Assembly: GCA_964016885.1 (NCBI GenBank)
Contig: OZ024742.1
Location: 239,940,001 to 240,004,000, forward strand
Source: Eledone cirrhosa
Taxonomy: Eukaryota
Length of the DNA stretch: 64,000 bases
Direction: 5' to 3'
Below the pieces are notes generated by a model that had not been told where the DNA came from, searched no databases, and was given only the letters and a program-made list of their open reading frames with translations. Numbering within the stretch: position 1 is the first letter of the stretch; every line of letters begins with the position of its first letter. Positions 41,201-55,153 of the stretch are shown in pieces. The translations under genes were made by a program, and so were the position numbers.

Positions 41201-41403
41201 CATAAAATAAGGAAACCCCATCCGTGAGAGAGAGAGAGAGAGACCTTATGTGCATGTTACGCATCAGCAGTGCAATTTTTAATATAAACATAATGACCCT
41301 TGTTGCCAAACTGCCTGAGACTGTCCTGTTCTACTGTGATGTGCTTGTGACACCCTGTTTCTACAATACAAAGCTCTTTATTTTAATTTATTTATCTGAA
41401 AAC

Positions 41404-41712
41404 CTTCCTCTTCACCCACTTATTCCTGAGAGGGTCATAGGGGCAGTCCTCAAACCTGCCTTCCAGCATGTCCTGCCAGAAACAACCTGGAGCTACTCTC
41501 TGATCTCCGAGCTATGCACTCTATCGAGTAATGTTACTCCAAAGACCCTTCAGAGTAACCCCATTTTGGCCGCTTGTATTTGCAATCGTATTCTTTTGAT
41601 CATTACCCAAGATTCATGACTATGGGTAAGGGTTGGCACGAATACCAAATTGAAGATAGCGAGTTTGGCTTTTACACCTACCTCCCTTCTTCTGACTACC
41701 AAATGCTGAAAG
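41404..41712 (-). mobile_element. Fragment of a second RTE lineage (Rex3/Expander-like), internally deleted, next to a MITE A fragment
   Basis: Minus strand: KAKLAIFNLVFVPTLTHSHESWVMIKRIRLQIQAAKMGLL*RVFGVTLLDRVHSSEIRE, followed by a ctgcccctatgaccc...gaataagtgg 3' end. Confidence 0.8.
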
Positions 41713-44700
41713 CTGGCACATTACTGTATAATGAAATAAATAAAAATAAAAATTAATTTTATTTCTAAATTTTACTTTTTTAGCAAGTTGTTAGATACTA
41801 GTGGATAAGGTGCTGAACCCACAATCAAGGTCACAGGTTCAATTTCTGAACCAAGTGATGTGTTGTGTTTTTCGGCAAGACATTTTGTGTTGTTTTTCAT
41901 AATAAGACTAGAGCCTCTTTTCATTAACACACCCTAGAAACCTACATGGTGCAGTTTTGTAAGATGCCAGCTAAAAGCCTACATAGGTGTGAACTGAAAA
42001 ACTTCATTTTATTTTCTTTCTTTTTTTCACATACGGGTCATATTATATATAGTATGTGTGATATCATATATAGTGCAATATCAATTGTAGAGTAACATAT
42101 CTTATTTACTGAATATGAAGTAGATAAAACTTGTTCAGCTATTTCAGGAAATAGGTTAAGTGCATAATATATAAAAAAAATACCTAAATATCAAATATTT
42201 CAGTTGAAGACATTCAAGGGAAGAGTTCATACTAATATAGAAAGATATGTTGTTTTTACAGCTCACAGTTATACAAGTTTAGCTGGCCTCCTACGAGGTT
42301 GTATCTCATAGGTGTTTTAATGATAGGGGACCCAGTCCAATCATGAAAAGAAAGAACACGCCTGCCCCACTCAACCTGGACCAGATGCCAATCCATTAAT
42401 GTTTTTTCAGTAGACTAGAACAACATGTAATTGAAGCTCAAGAACATGACACATTTTCTTCTCACACCCAAACAAATGTTTGAGAGGTCTCTTGAGATGT
42501 CTTAAGGACATGACAACCTCCCTAGATCCAGTGCCCCCCAAAACGCACCCAGTATGCTCTGTAAAGTGTTGGAACGTATGTAAACAAGATGCTGGCCCCC
42601 TACCCATCTGAGGGATCAGTAGCTTTGATTAAGTGACAACCCACCCAACTCATGCTAGTATGGAAATGCAGATGTTAAATGGTGATGATAAAGGTGATGA
42701 CCCAGTTCTGAAATACTGCTACAAATTCTAGCTGTTTAACGTTACCATATTCTGAAGCAATCCTTTTCAGATATATCTATAATCTTGTCTTGAAAAGTAA
42801 ACAAATAAATAAAATAAATAAATAAATAAATTGCCTAGATAAAGGATGTGCTAGAGTTATATAAAACAGACTTTATAATTCAAATTAAATATTTAAAGAT
42901 ATAAAACAGTCAACTAATGCAGTTTCTCTCCCCCTCTCTCTCACTAATCAGCAATGTGCTACATAATGCAATATCTATATCACTATTAAGTCTTCTAGTT
43001 ATCACATTATCTGCTGTTATACTTATGATAATGTATGTGTGTGCATACTCATGCTTGTTTGTTTGTGAATATGAAATTAGTTCCAAAAGATAATAGACAT
43101 TTAATTTTGTTTTTTATGGGGGTGGGTGGGTTATTGATTTGTTATTTCTCATGATAAAACATGGTCAGTAGACACAGAAAAGCAGCCAGTGTTAGGAAGA
43201 GCAACCAGCTATAGAAAACTTGGCAAATATAGGATGTGAGAGGGCTCTTCGGTTTGTGTCAAAGGCAGATGAACCTCCCTAGTGCTAGAGCCATGATAAA
43301 ATACACAGAGTGCAGGAATGCACATGAGCGAGATACGACCCCCACCTGTGAGGATAATGGCTCCAACTGGGTGCTAACTAGGTCGATGAAAGCCCATCCA
43401 ACTCACGATAGTATAGAAAAGCAGGCATTAAATGACGATGACGGTAAGAAACTAACTGAAGAAAACTTTCTGTGATCACCAATTTATTTTTTCCAAAGTA
43501 GGTTACAAAATAAATCTAATTATGATGCACTACAAAATATCATTCATAAATAAAGCTAAAAGTACACATGCTATTTGATATATACTAGATATATCTAATG
43601 TCTACTTGATGTATGTTAACTAGATTTCATTAACACTACATTTATAGTACAATGGAATTTACTGCTTTTGATACCAAACTGCTTCTAACCACCTCTGATT
43701 TTACAATACAAATCTGTTAATTTTCAAGTTTTTATATTTATCTAAAAGCTTTCTATTATAACTTTATGTAAGAGTTTTTGTCAAGTTAAACTCCAAACAC
43801 CAACTTTAAAACGAGATAGTTATATAATTAAATCCTTTCAAATTCTAGATAATTTTCAAAATTATTTGAAAATCATAGGCAATGTCTTACACTAGATCAA
43901 TGGTAATAAAAAGGTTACAAATCACATCTATAGAATGGGCTTCCATATTAAAATCTAGAACACTGAAAAATTATATTAGTGTTTCATTTCTAATCTTTTA
44001 TAAGTCACAATCCCATGTTACGTGTTTTCATTTTATTAACTATATCCAGATTTTAAAAATAGGCACACTGTACCCCTAAGAGTTGTGAAATGCAACTAAA
44101 AGGGTTGATGTTAGTGACAGCATCCAGCTATAAAGCATTGCCTCAATAAACCCCATAAAACACATGTAAAACTGATGATGGTGATGACCTGTTATCAATC
44201 AAGTAACATAGGGCAAATTTATTTCAAATGATTTTAATGTAGATGAAATTTTTCAGTGCAAAGTCGCTAATCATTAGTCTTAGTGTCCTTTATCGAGATT
44301 TATAATTGATAAATGTGAACTCCCATTTTAAAGGCAGCAGGGAGCTTTAACTGTTAACATTCTGTAATGATTTAGCACAAAATGTGTAAAAACAGTTTTG
44401 GGAATTCAAATGTTTATAGTGGGCAAATTGTTGTGAAAATGAAGACTTGAATTTTTTATATGATGCATAGTGCTGTTGTACTTTTCAAGAATGTCTTACT
44501 AATGGGGTTTTATGTGGTACAGGATGTTCTGAGGAAGAAAGGTTCAAGTGTCTATACAAAAAAGACTCTGCTGATGAATCATGTCTGTATAAGGAAGTGT
44601 ATGAAAAAAATTTAGCAGTTTTTGCAAGTTAACATAGGTTACTTCCCTTACATTTATCAGCCAAAATTTAACTTAGTATCCAAATGATAACTGTCTATTT

Positions 44701-45141
44701 AGCAAACTGCTTACAGCTACTTCTGGTTCGATGATATAAAATCTCTCGTTTTTGAAATGCCTTTATTTAGATCAAAACATTAAAACCTTCCATTATAATT
44801 TTAGGTAAAAATCTATTGTGTTATTCAAAAAATAAAAGTAAGATTAACAATGAAAAAAAAATTAATTTTACTCCTCATTCTATTTTAATTTCTAAGTATT
44901 ACACAAACTCTATTTTATCAAATATGGCCATGGTCCTTTAACTTTTGTTTAAATTACCACAACTATGGCCACACGGAGAAACTGTATTATCTGCTTGCTT
45001 CTAAATAAATGCAGCTATATGTACATACACACACATGTTCTGCTTCCATATATATGTGGGTATATGTACACAAACACATTCTGATTCTACATTATATGTG
45101 AAAGCATGCACACGTTAAGGTCTGTTATTTAGCCTGAAGAT

Positions 45142-45189
<48 letters not shown>

Positions 45190-45274
45190 AAAGGCAAACA
45201 GAAATAACAAAGCAAACTACACAGTACAATGAAGATATAGATGATGCTTTACACTTGATATAGTAGGAAAAGGG

Positions 45275-45310
45275 TCTTAACATTTCGGACGCTAGTCTTT
45301 CATCAGAAAA
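45275..45310 (-). ncRNA. Minimal hammerhead motif in a ~210-bp element (45187-45395) adjoining (TA)n
   Basis: Minus strand: UUUU CUGAUGA A AGAC UAGC GUCC GAAA UGU U AAGA; homolog of 22052-22290. Confidence 0.7.
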
Positions 45311-45574
45311 TAGAATGAGAAATAGAAGGATTGAGGAGATGGGCAGGGCAGAAATTGTAAAAAAAAATTTTAGAGAAAAACAACAGATCCATTCATGTTG
45401 CCATCATCATCATCGTCGTTTAAAGTTCATCTTCCACATTAGCACGGATAGGTCTGTCGCTGTGAGAGAGAGAGAGAGATTCCTGGCATCTGGGATTTGA
45501 TTCTTCATATTGACCGATGACAACTTTCCCCACATTTAATGGTCTTCATCCTATTATATATATTTATATATACA

Positions 45575-45681
<107 letters not shown>

Positions 45682-47924
45682 TATATAATATATATTACTC
45701 TATTATATGTTCCAGCTAACAGGCTGAGACCATGCTGGGGCACCGCTTACATGAACTTTATTATGAAATCCAATTTGTATTTTCCACATTTCGAAAAAGA
45801 ATCTTGCTATATTGTGGAACACCAGTGCACAGAGGGTCACAACTTGGGAGCCACTGCTTTATAGTGAAATATATGTCACACAGCTGAGAAATGATGCTTT
45901 GCTTGTTATACTGAGCTCAACTTAATCTTTATGAGGGCACTGGAATGCCAGTTAGCATCTATTTTGCTGCTTCCCACATCCTTAATGCTGCAGCAAAGGT
46001 AGGGGCTCACCTTATTCGTAAATGAATAAAAAAAAATTCTAAAATACCAGGAATTATGAACGTTTTTTAATGTAATTTTCAAGACATTCAGGGAAGCTAG
46101 AACTCAGTAGTTTCTTGTCATTCTTGGCAGCTGGCCTGTCATATCAGGTGATGCCCATGACGGTGCTTGGTTATTCCAGCACCTTAGACTCGCTATCACC
46201 CTTGTCAATAATATGAGTTTCTTGGCTTGCCACAAACAATATTCCCTGTTGTATTGAATAATTGAGTGTGCATGTCTTCTCATGCATTTATTTAGTTTTT
46301 TGTTTGTTTGTTATTTTGCTTGTTGCTTTCCCTTTTTTTTTTTTATTCAAAATTACTTTCTTACTACAAATTGTTAATCTCTTGAAAATGTATGTAAATA
46401 AAATACTAGTGAATCAGTGGAGTTGAACCAGGAGGCAGTGAACCAAAAGGTTTAGGAATCAGTGCATGCATGAGTTCACACTTTTGTCATTTGGTTTCTG
46501 AGGGCAGTTGGTATTCTAAACCACTTGACGGAACATTAGTCTGTGTGCTATGTATGGGCTAGTTTACAAAACCTCACTGAATAAACATTTATTCACAGAA
46601 ACTACACACACAGAGACACACAGATGTATACATACATACATACGTGTGTGTGTGTGCACGCACACACACATGACTAAGAGGAAAGGGTCTATAACTCCTG
46701 ATGCTGTCATATGGGTACCATTCTGGTCACGGCCAAATTCTTCGTTAAAAAGAGTTAAAACTGCAATACTGAACTGGTACTATATTGACCTTAAAAGGAT
46801 GAAAGGCATAGCTGACCTCACTGAGATTTGAACTTAGAGCACACGAGGCCGGAACAAATATCAAGACATTTAATCTGACACCCTAATGACTCAGCCAATT
46901 CACTGCCTAATTACTAAGAGGGCTATCCACAATGTTCCTGTGTATGATGACATTTAGAAAGGCTTTAAGCATTGATGGGCAGAAGTAAATGGGACAAATT
47001 AATTAGATGTATTCAAGTGAACTCCCTTTGTCTTTCAGAAGGGTGTCAACATATAACAGCAAATATATGTCACTAATTATTTTCAGTTTCCTATTGCAAA
47101 TCAAATGAAAGGGAAAGAATATAATGAATATGGGCACAGACAAATTTCAATTTATAACTGGCAAAATGTGAAAAACCAAATCATTTAAGTGTTTGAGAGA
47201 GAGAGAGAGAGAGAGAGAGAGCATACAAATATGTAAACACAGGCAGGCATGCACACACACACACACAGGCATAGCTGTGTGGTTAAGAAGTTCGCTTTGC
47301 AGCCATGTGGCAGTTTAGACACGTACGTGTCTTCTATTATTGCACCAGATTGATCAGCTTTGCAACATTTGTTCCAGCTTGCAGTTTAAATCACACCATG
47401 GTAGCTTTGCCTTTCAACTTTTCGAAATTGATGAAATAAAGTACCAGTCTAAGGCAGTGGATAGGCAGAATTGTTCAGATGTTAGACAGGATACCTTGCA
47501 GTATCTGTTCCAACTTCCTGCATTCTGTGTTCAAATGTTGCTGTGGCCTTACTTGGGTGGAAGACTTAATCAGTCACCTGGATTAACAGGTCTCAAATTT
47601 ATCAACCTCCTCATGATATGCCCTGGAAACTGATAGCTAACCTCAATCATGCAAACAACAACCTGAGACCAACTCATACGCAAGAAGACCTGGTTTAACA
47701 CCACTGCCTGGCCCTTGAGTGCCTTTAGTGGTGACCACTATCGTAAACATTATATCTCCGGCTTGAGAATCCCTTCCTTCTTCCCCCTACCACTCCTACC
47801 AATCACAGAGACCCTGAAAAGGGCCATGGATACTGTCCTTCCCCCTCTGGCAAAACAGTAAAAAAAAGAAAATGAAAAGAATTCATCAACAATCAAATTG
47901 TTTCCAATCAGGATCAAAAAATAC

Positions 47925-48155
47925 AAGGTGCATGACCTAGTGATTAGTATGTTAGATTACCAATCATAAGGTTGTGAGTTTGATTCCTGGACAAGGTGGT
48001 GTATTGGGTTCTTGAGCAAGATGCTCTATTTCATGTTGCTTTGCATGATAGGACCAGAGCTTTTATCATTAAAATACCTGATAGGCCTCTCATGAGATCC
48101 CACCTCATAAAAGGCCAGATAATCCTGCATAGGTGTGAGCTCTAAATTTCATTTC
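47925..48155 (+). mobile_element. SINE family B; a further SINE with the alternative tail follows at ~48210-48480
   Basis: aaggtgcatgacctagtgattag...gagtttgattcc...ttcttgagcaagatgct...ggtgtgagctctaaatttcattt. Confidence 0.75.
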
Positions 48156-50282
48156 ATTCCACTACCCCTCATTTCAACTCAACACTGCACTTTAGAAGTA
48201 ATAGAAACAGTGAATGTATGTGGTTTAGTGATTTCGTTGTGCAGCTCACAGTCATAAATTTGTCAGTTCAATAACCAGCAGTGTGTTTTATCCTTGAGCA
48301 AGACACTTATTTCACATTGTTCCAGTTCATTCAGTTGAGAAAAGAAAAAGAGCTGCACCTGTGGATTCAAAGTGTTGGTCTTGTCACACACCATGTCGTG
48401 CTGAATCTCCATGAGAACTATATTAACATTGTGCATTACATGTGTCTGTGGAATGCTCAGTCGCTACTTGCGCATTAATTCCACAATAGATTTCAAACAT
48501 TGGATTTCAATTGGAGATTCAACAACGACAATAGAAATACAAAAATGATCTCCTTTGAAATGTAGGTCAGTACAGCTATAAGAAAATTAATTAATTCAGC
48601 TAAAGTAGGTTAATTATATCTACCCCTCCCCTACACACACACAATTGACAATGCTTTTCGTAAGAGCCCTTTGGGTTTATAAATACCAGTTACCAGTCAT
48701 CTACTGAGACCAATTTAATCAACTACTCTCCCTCTCTCATTACAAATTTGTGGCCTTACACCAGAGTGACTAATCGTTATTACTGCTGTTTTTTACGGGG
48801 TCGATAAAATAAAGTACCAGTAATGTACTGGATAATTGCTGGCCTTGTACCAAAAGTAAAAACAATTATTATTGCTGTTTTTGTTGTTAGTGGTGGTGGT
48901 AGCAATGGGACAGAGGAAACTAATAAACTGTCTTGTAGGATTTGCTTAGATGGTACAAGAGAAAATAAGGCTGTTTGGTTAAGGAGTTCGCTTCACAAGC
49001 ATGTGATTCTGGATTCAGCCCCAATGAATGACAGCTAAGGCAAATGTCATTTACTATAGCTTCGAATTGACCAATGCTTTGCAAGTGGAATTTTGGTAGA
49101 CAAAAACTGCCAAAGCCCAACGTGCGTGTGTGTGTGTGCGTCTCTTACTCCCCTTTTTGTGAACTACAATCCGCATGATGGTTTTCCCTTTTGAAAACAT
49201 CAGTGGTAGTGATCACTTAAAATTTTCTCTTGGTATGGGAAGGTTCCCCAAGAAAAGTGCACTTTTCCCAGGCTGATATGCTAAATTATTAAAATATCTA
49301 GGCTGGTCTTTACAACGAAACTGCAGTTGGAACCAAAAAGTAATTAGAAATCATTATTATTGTTGCAAAAATAGTGGATTAAATTAATAACTGTGTCCTA
49401 CTTCTGAAATTTGTAGTGTTGTGTTTCTTTGAAAATAAAATGAATATGAAATTCACAGCTCACACGTACGCAAGTCTAGCTAGCCTTCTACTAGGTTGCA
49501 TCTCATAGCCCAATCACCAAAAAAAAAACGTGAAATGAAATGCCTAGCTCAAGAACACGACACAACACAAGCCCACAAACATATGATCAATAGTCTAATA
49601 CTAACCATTAGGCCACATGCCTTAATTTGTGTTTATTTTGGTAAGAAAACAGCTGCATTGTTGAAGAATGGGTTTTGGGATTTGTTTCCACCATTTCCAT
49701 GAATTGACATCTGTCAATTTGCTCTGGCTTTTCCTTCCTTTTCAAGCACATTTCTCCATGAATATGAAATACATATCATTATAAGTGTTGGTGGCACAGT
49801 AAAAGTACCCAGTACCCTCCTATAAAGTGTTTGGCTTTCAGAAGAGCATCCCAGCCATAGAGAACAAGCCAAAAACAAAAAAAAATATTTGAAGACACTC
49901 CAGTCAGCTCAAGGATATGACAACCATCTTAGAAACCATGCTATAAGAGGGGACTTTTCAGTCATGTCAAGGACATTACAACCTCCCTAATGCTGGTATC
50001 CTGACAAAATATACAAAGTACTTTATACAAAGTGGTTGGCACTAAAAAAAGGCATCCAACCAACCTCAGAAACATACAATAAAAACTAGAGAAAAAACTC
50101 TTCATAGTCATCAGAAAAGTAGAAAATACTAAATTGTTGTTGTTGTTGAGTAAGAATACCAGATAACTTTAGGTACATAGGAAATATCAGGTTATTTGAG
50201 ATTCATAGAAGAACAATGGTTTTTTCGAGTAAGATAAGAGAATCCCATGTTATTTAAGGTACATTAGAAGAATATCATGTTG

Positions 50283-50466
50283 CTTGAGGTACATTGGAGA
50301 ATACCAAGTAACTTGAGGTACATTGGAGAATACCAAGTAACTTGAGGTACATTGGAGAATACCAAGTAACTTGAGGTACATTGGAGAATACCAAGTAACT
50401 TGAGGTACATTGGAGAATACCAAGTAACTTGAGGTACATTGGAGAATACCAAGTAACTTGAGGTAC
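50283..50466. repeat. 29-bp minisatellite, 6.3 identical units, with diverged units on both sides (~50150-50525)
   Basis: Unit cttgaggtacattggagaataccaagtaa; no spacers. Confidence 0.95.
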
Positions 50467-51241
50467 TTCAAGGTGATATAAGTTTATTTAAGGTACATGA
50501 GAGGTAATTATTTGAGGTACATAAGAGTGCACTTGTCAAAAGAATAAAGAAGACAAATGATAAAACCAAATTTAGGGCATACATTTCAATTTAGTGAAAT
50601 GTAAGAAGCTAGTCTTGCTCTAAATACCAACTGCTATATTAGTAAATTATTTTAGAGGCGCTAAAGTTATTGAAAACTATTTTGAAAATGAATTGTAAGT
50701 CATAAACTGCATTAAAAATAGGGATGAGTTCCCAGTGGAAAGAAGCTGCAGTAGAGGACCAAGGAAGATTTGTGCAGAAATGGTGAGAGACTGTTCAGCC
50801 CATGCAAGCATGGAAAAAACAGATGTAATAATGGTAATGATGATTGTAAAAAAAAATATTTTCCATTGTAATTTAGTATAAAGAAAGAAAAGAAAAAAGG
50901 TGCAGTGCTCAGAACAGTTTCCGAGGCTTCCAAGATTGTTGGAAAGCAGGAAGTAGGTATTCGCAAAACAAAAACCTGACCTGAATGCTTGCCATAGAGT
51001 GGACTCTGCTAAAGGCACCCAAGGACCAGGCAATGGTGTTAAATTGGGTAACAGATTAGATCTAGCACCGAAACAGGCAAGTATGAATGCATGACACTTA
51101 GTGGGTTAGGGTGTTGGCAGTGAACTCCGTTTTCCTATTAATTTTTATGAGTTTTAAATGAATATAGCCTTCAAAATAGTTAGAAATTGATTTAAAAATC
51201 ATTACATAATGGAATTGTGAAATAAAAACTATACTCTAAAC

Positions 51242-51557
51242 CAGGGGTTCTCAACTTGGTCCATGTGGACCACTAGTGGTCCACAGGAAAATTCAGGTGG
51301 TCCGCAGAAAATTTTCAATAGCAAATTCTTTTTTGATCCATGCATTTGACTTAAAGCGCTGTTCTTATTCTTCGCATAAGTACGACTTCAGCTGTTTATT
51401 TGCGTAGATTTTTAGGCACTGTGACATGATAATAGCATTTTCTAATTCATTGAAAAAAAACATCTACTGATTTAAAAGATTTAAAAGTTTAGGTGGTCCA
51501 CAGGAAAAAATTACTTATTTTGGTGGTCCACGGCGAAAAAAAGGTTGAGAACCCCTG
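51242..51557. mobile_element. hAT (Charlie-type) MITE
   Basis: Perfect 14-bp TIRs caggggttctcaac/gttgagaacccctg; perfect 8-bp TSD ctctaaac (51234-51241, 51558-51565); subterminal (g)tggtcca(c) repeats. Confidence 0.95.
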
Positions 51558-51754
51558 CTCTAAACAACACTTAAGACATTTTAAATATCAAAATATTAAA
51601 ACTACAAAAATATATTCTCCACCGATGAGAATTTCAAAACCAAACCAAATTCACAATGTGTTGATTAGGTGCTTATCACAGGGTTTGGGTTTTTGCACAT
51701 TTCTCAGGCATAAAATAGGGGATCAGATTATATTTGAGTATACAGTAGATTTGA

Positions 51755-52480
51755 GTATGCAGTAGATGTACAGGGAAATTAGACAGTAGAAGTCGCACTG
51801 ATAGACACATTTTTCAAATGCGAGAGGGCGCTATAGAAGTGGTGGATAGCTTCCGGTACCTAGGAGATCAGATTAGCATGGGAGGAGGGTGTTCCGAGGC
51901 CATAGTATCTAGAATAAGGACGGGTTGGAAGAAGTTTAGGGAGCTGCTTCCTCTGTTGACGAAGAAGGGTTTCTCCCTGCGTACGAAAGGCCGGTTGTAT
52001 GATGCCTGTGTGAGGAGCGCGATGCTGCATGGTAGTGAGACATGGGCAGCTACCGCAGAAGATATGCGACGGCTGGAGAGAAATGAGGCAAGCATGCTCC
52101 GTTGGATGTGCAGTGTAAATGTGCGTGAACGACCCAGCTTAAATGTGTTGAGAGAGAAACTGTGTCTGAGAGGGATAGAATGTAGTGTACGGGAGAGGAG
52201 ACTGAGGTGGTATGGACATGTGATGCGCATGGAGGATGACCGATGGGTGAAGAAGTGCCAGGAAATGCCAGTTGAAGGAAGACGTGGTAGAGGTAGACCA
52301 CGAAAAACATGGGCGGAGGTGGTGAGAACAGACCTCAGATCATTGAAGCTCACGGTGGAGATGACGAGGGACCGTGACGAGTGGAGAGATGCTGTGCTGA
52401 ATAAGACCCGTCCCACCCTTGCAAGCAGGGAAAAGCGGACGTAAAATGATGATGATGATGATGATGATGAATGATGATGA
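51755..52480 (+). mobile_element. Young 5'-truncated RTE-clade LINE; uninterrupted frame for the C-terminal ~230 aa (ORF 51818-52444) and (GAT)n tail
   Basis: VCSRCTG...EVVDSFRYLGD...RTGWKKFRELLPLL...AMLHGSETW...ERRLRWYGHVMRM...GRRGRGRPRKTW...DRDEWR; 3' end gcggacgtaaaatgatgatgat. Confidence 0.93.
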
Positions 52481-52779
52481 TACATGGTAGATAAATATGT
52501 ACAAATGACATACAGGATTAAATGTATACATAACGTTGGAGAAATAACTATTTACAAGGACAAATGAAGAGTAAGAAGCCAGGACCTTGTGATTGGAAAG
52601 TGAACTTCTTATTGTAGATGAGATAGGAAATATATTATACATATATGTGTATATGTATATGTAGATATATAGACAGTGGTGTATATAAATAGATATACAA
52701 ACACACATGGCATATTATTATGGTTGATGATCAAATTATTAACATCCACCCATAGCATCTATATTTCACTTTTCTACAA

Positions 52780-52873
52780 CAGATATATGCACCCCTTACA
52801 CAAATCTCATTCCTTTAAAAAGTTTCAGATTTATGCACCCCTTACACAAATCTCATTCCTTTAAAAAGTTTCA
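52780..52873. repeat. 46-bp direct tandem duplication
   Basis: cagat(a/t)tatgcaccccttacacaaatctcattcctttaaaaagttt x2. Confidence 0.9.
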
Positions 52874-55110
52874 ATTCCAGAGAGAGGGCCAAAGTTCAAA
52901 CATGACAAAAACGTTAGAAATATTTGTCGTTAAAACAAATTCAATCATTAAAAAAAAGCATTTTAAAATTACACACAAGCATAGAACACACACGATGTGC
53001 GCACGCGCGTGTGTAAAAGGAAGTGACAGGGATATAGAGATTAAACCAATTTTTTCCACAATTTAATCAGACTACATAATCACATTAATTCACAGCTTAT
53101 CACAAGGACTGAATATACAGAACACAACACATATAAACTACCTCTACCTCCAGGTAATTACTGTACTCACTAACATGAGTTATTAATTGAAAATTAATTG
53201 GATATCATAGGCAGTGGGTTTCATTAAAAATATTGTAATGAAAGGGTTAAATTGTGAATCCTATATTTTAGCATCTTAGTGTATCATTTCAAAAGCATGC
53301 TATCCTATTTACAAAGCATATACATAATCAAAATTTCTTCTTATTTCTAGTATGTAATTTACTAGTGTAACTCATATAATAAAAGCCAGAACCACTTTGC
53401 ACTTGTTGACCTGGATAAGTCCCTTGTTTAGTGAGCTAGTGGATAATTCTAAAAACTAGGCATGGATTCTCTTTTGATCACAAGCTGGTCATGACCTGCT
53501 CTGGTTCTAAGAAACAAAACCACCTATTTTAAAGAGTTCCTATTTAAATTTAAATCTTCAAGTATAATTTTATACATAAACCATGTGTTACAAATAGTAT
53601 CTTAATAATGAAAGAATTACTAATTTTAGTAAATCGATAAAAAAAATTCTGTATCAATTAATTGAAGTACGTCATGAGAAATGTGGAAAGTAAAGGGCTA
53701 CTGTCTTAGCCATATAAACAGTGTAAAAATATGTTCAATTGTGAGCAATTTGTGTACAGAATTCTATCAATAATTTTGAAAATAATCAAGAATTGGAGGG
53801 ATTAAGTAATATAACTTTCTCATTATAAAGCTGACATTTGGAACGTAACAAGGGTTCTTCCATAAAATTACCATGAAAGGTGTTTTTATGTAGATAGAAA
53901 TACTTTAAAATAAAGAGTTTTCTATCATAGAACCAAGGACAGTTTTATATCAAAAAGGTTAACCAGAGCAAATTCATTATGGCATTTTCTTCCAACTCTT
54001 TATTCTGAGATCAAATCACCAGAGGTCAATTTTATTTTTAATCCTTCCTGTGCTGATAAAATGAAGCACTAGCCAAGTATTGTGATCAATTCAACTAACC
54101 CCACCCACCCCACCCCGTGCTAGCCTTGTGCCTAAATTAGAAATCATTATCACATATTTCGAGAGAAGAAAAGAAAAAAGAAGGGGAGTTTTTTCATAAA
54201 TACAGTAGAGAATATTAAATTTTCATAAAATATAATGACTAATTACTTCAACCCACTCAAAAAAGGAAAAGGTGAACTATTTATTCTATTTTACTAAACA
54301 ATAGTTAAAGGAAGGTGACATATCATACAAAGGATACAAAACATTATCATCATGGTTTTATTTCCGTTTTTCACAGTTGGATGGATTGTCACATTCTGTG
54401 ACTAAACAGTTTTGATGAACACATCCTACTCACATATTCTAGTTTAGCATGGTTTCTACAGCTGGATACCCTTCTTAATGCCAACCACTTTTCAAAATGG
54501 GGTGGGTGTAATTTACCATGATACCGACATTGCCACTTTACAGAATTTGCTGGATGCATTTTATTATGACACTGACACTACCACCTTACAGAGTGGACTA
54601 GGTACATTTTATATAAAATGATCACATTAATGCACGTAAACTTTTTGTAAAATTACATGATTATATTATTGATTTTATAAAATGAGCAAAACTTGTTGAA
54701 AATGACTAAGACAATTCAACAGTATATCTTATACCTGCGTCTATCAATCCTGTATTATCTCCTCCTCCATAAGACCAGAGTTTCTCTTCTGATCTATGCA
54801 AATTCATTCTAAGATTTACTTGTGCCATGTTAGCATATCAACCCTTAACATCCTGTAAGGATTTTAGTAAAAAAAATGTGTTTTAAAAAGTTTGTTAATT
54901 CTAATGTTTTGTAATATATTTGCTAGTGGACACATAGTTGTGAAAATTTGCAATAATTTAAAGTAAAAAATGTTTTGAGAGTTCATGTGGTACATAAGAG
55001 TTAAATAAACCCTCTAAATCAGTTTCTTCATTAATTATTTGAAATACAAAAACAAGATGGCGTAGGACAGAACAAAGGAGAGGCACAAAAAACAAAGAAA
55101 AGAATCCCCA

Positions 55111-55153
55111 GTCACTGAAGAGGTCACAGAATGTGTGACGAAAGAACTTTGAC
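55111..55153 (+). ncRNA. Minimal hammerhead motif in a ~250-bp element (55040-55290)
   Basis: GUCA CUGAAGA G GUCACA GAAUG UGUGAC GAAA GAACU U UGAC; stem I GUCA/UGAC, 6-bp stem II. Confidence 0.75.

Noticed and set aside
50283-50466. CRISPR-like 29-bp repeats
   Set aside because: Units are contiguous with no spacers, there are no cas genes, and the context is eukaryotic.
51818-52444. 208-aa ORF as a host gene
   Set aside because: It is the C-terminal part of an RTE retrotransposon ORF; the ATG is internal and the RT core is missing.
51868-52485. 205-aa minus-strand ORF (also 4564-4923, 4686-5075, 24778-24999)
   Set aside because: Antisense shadows of the RTE reading frame.
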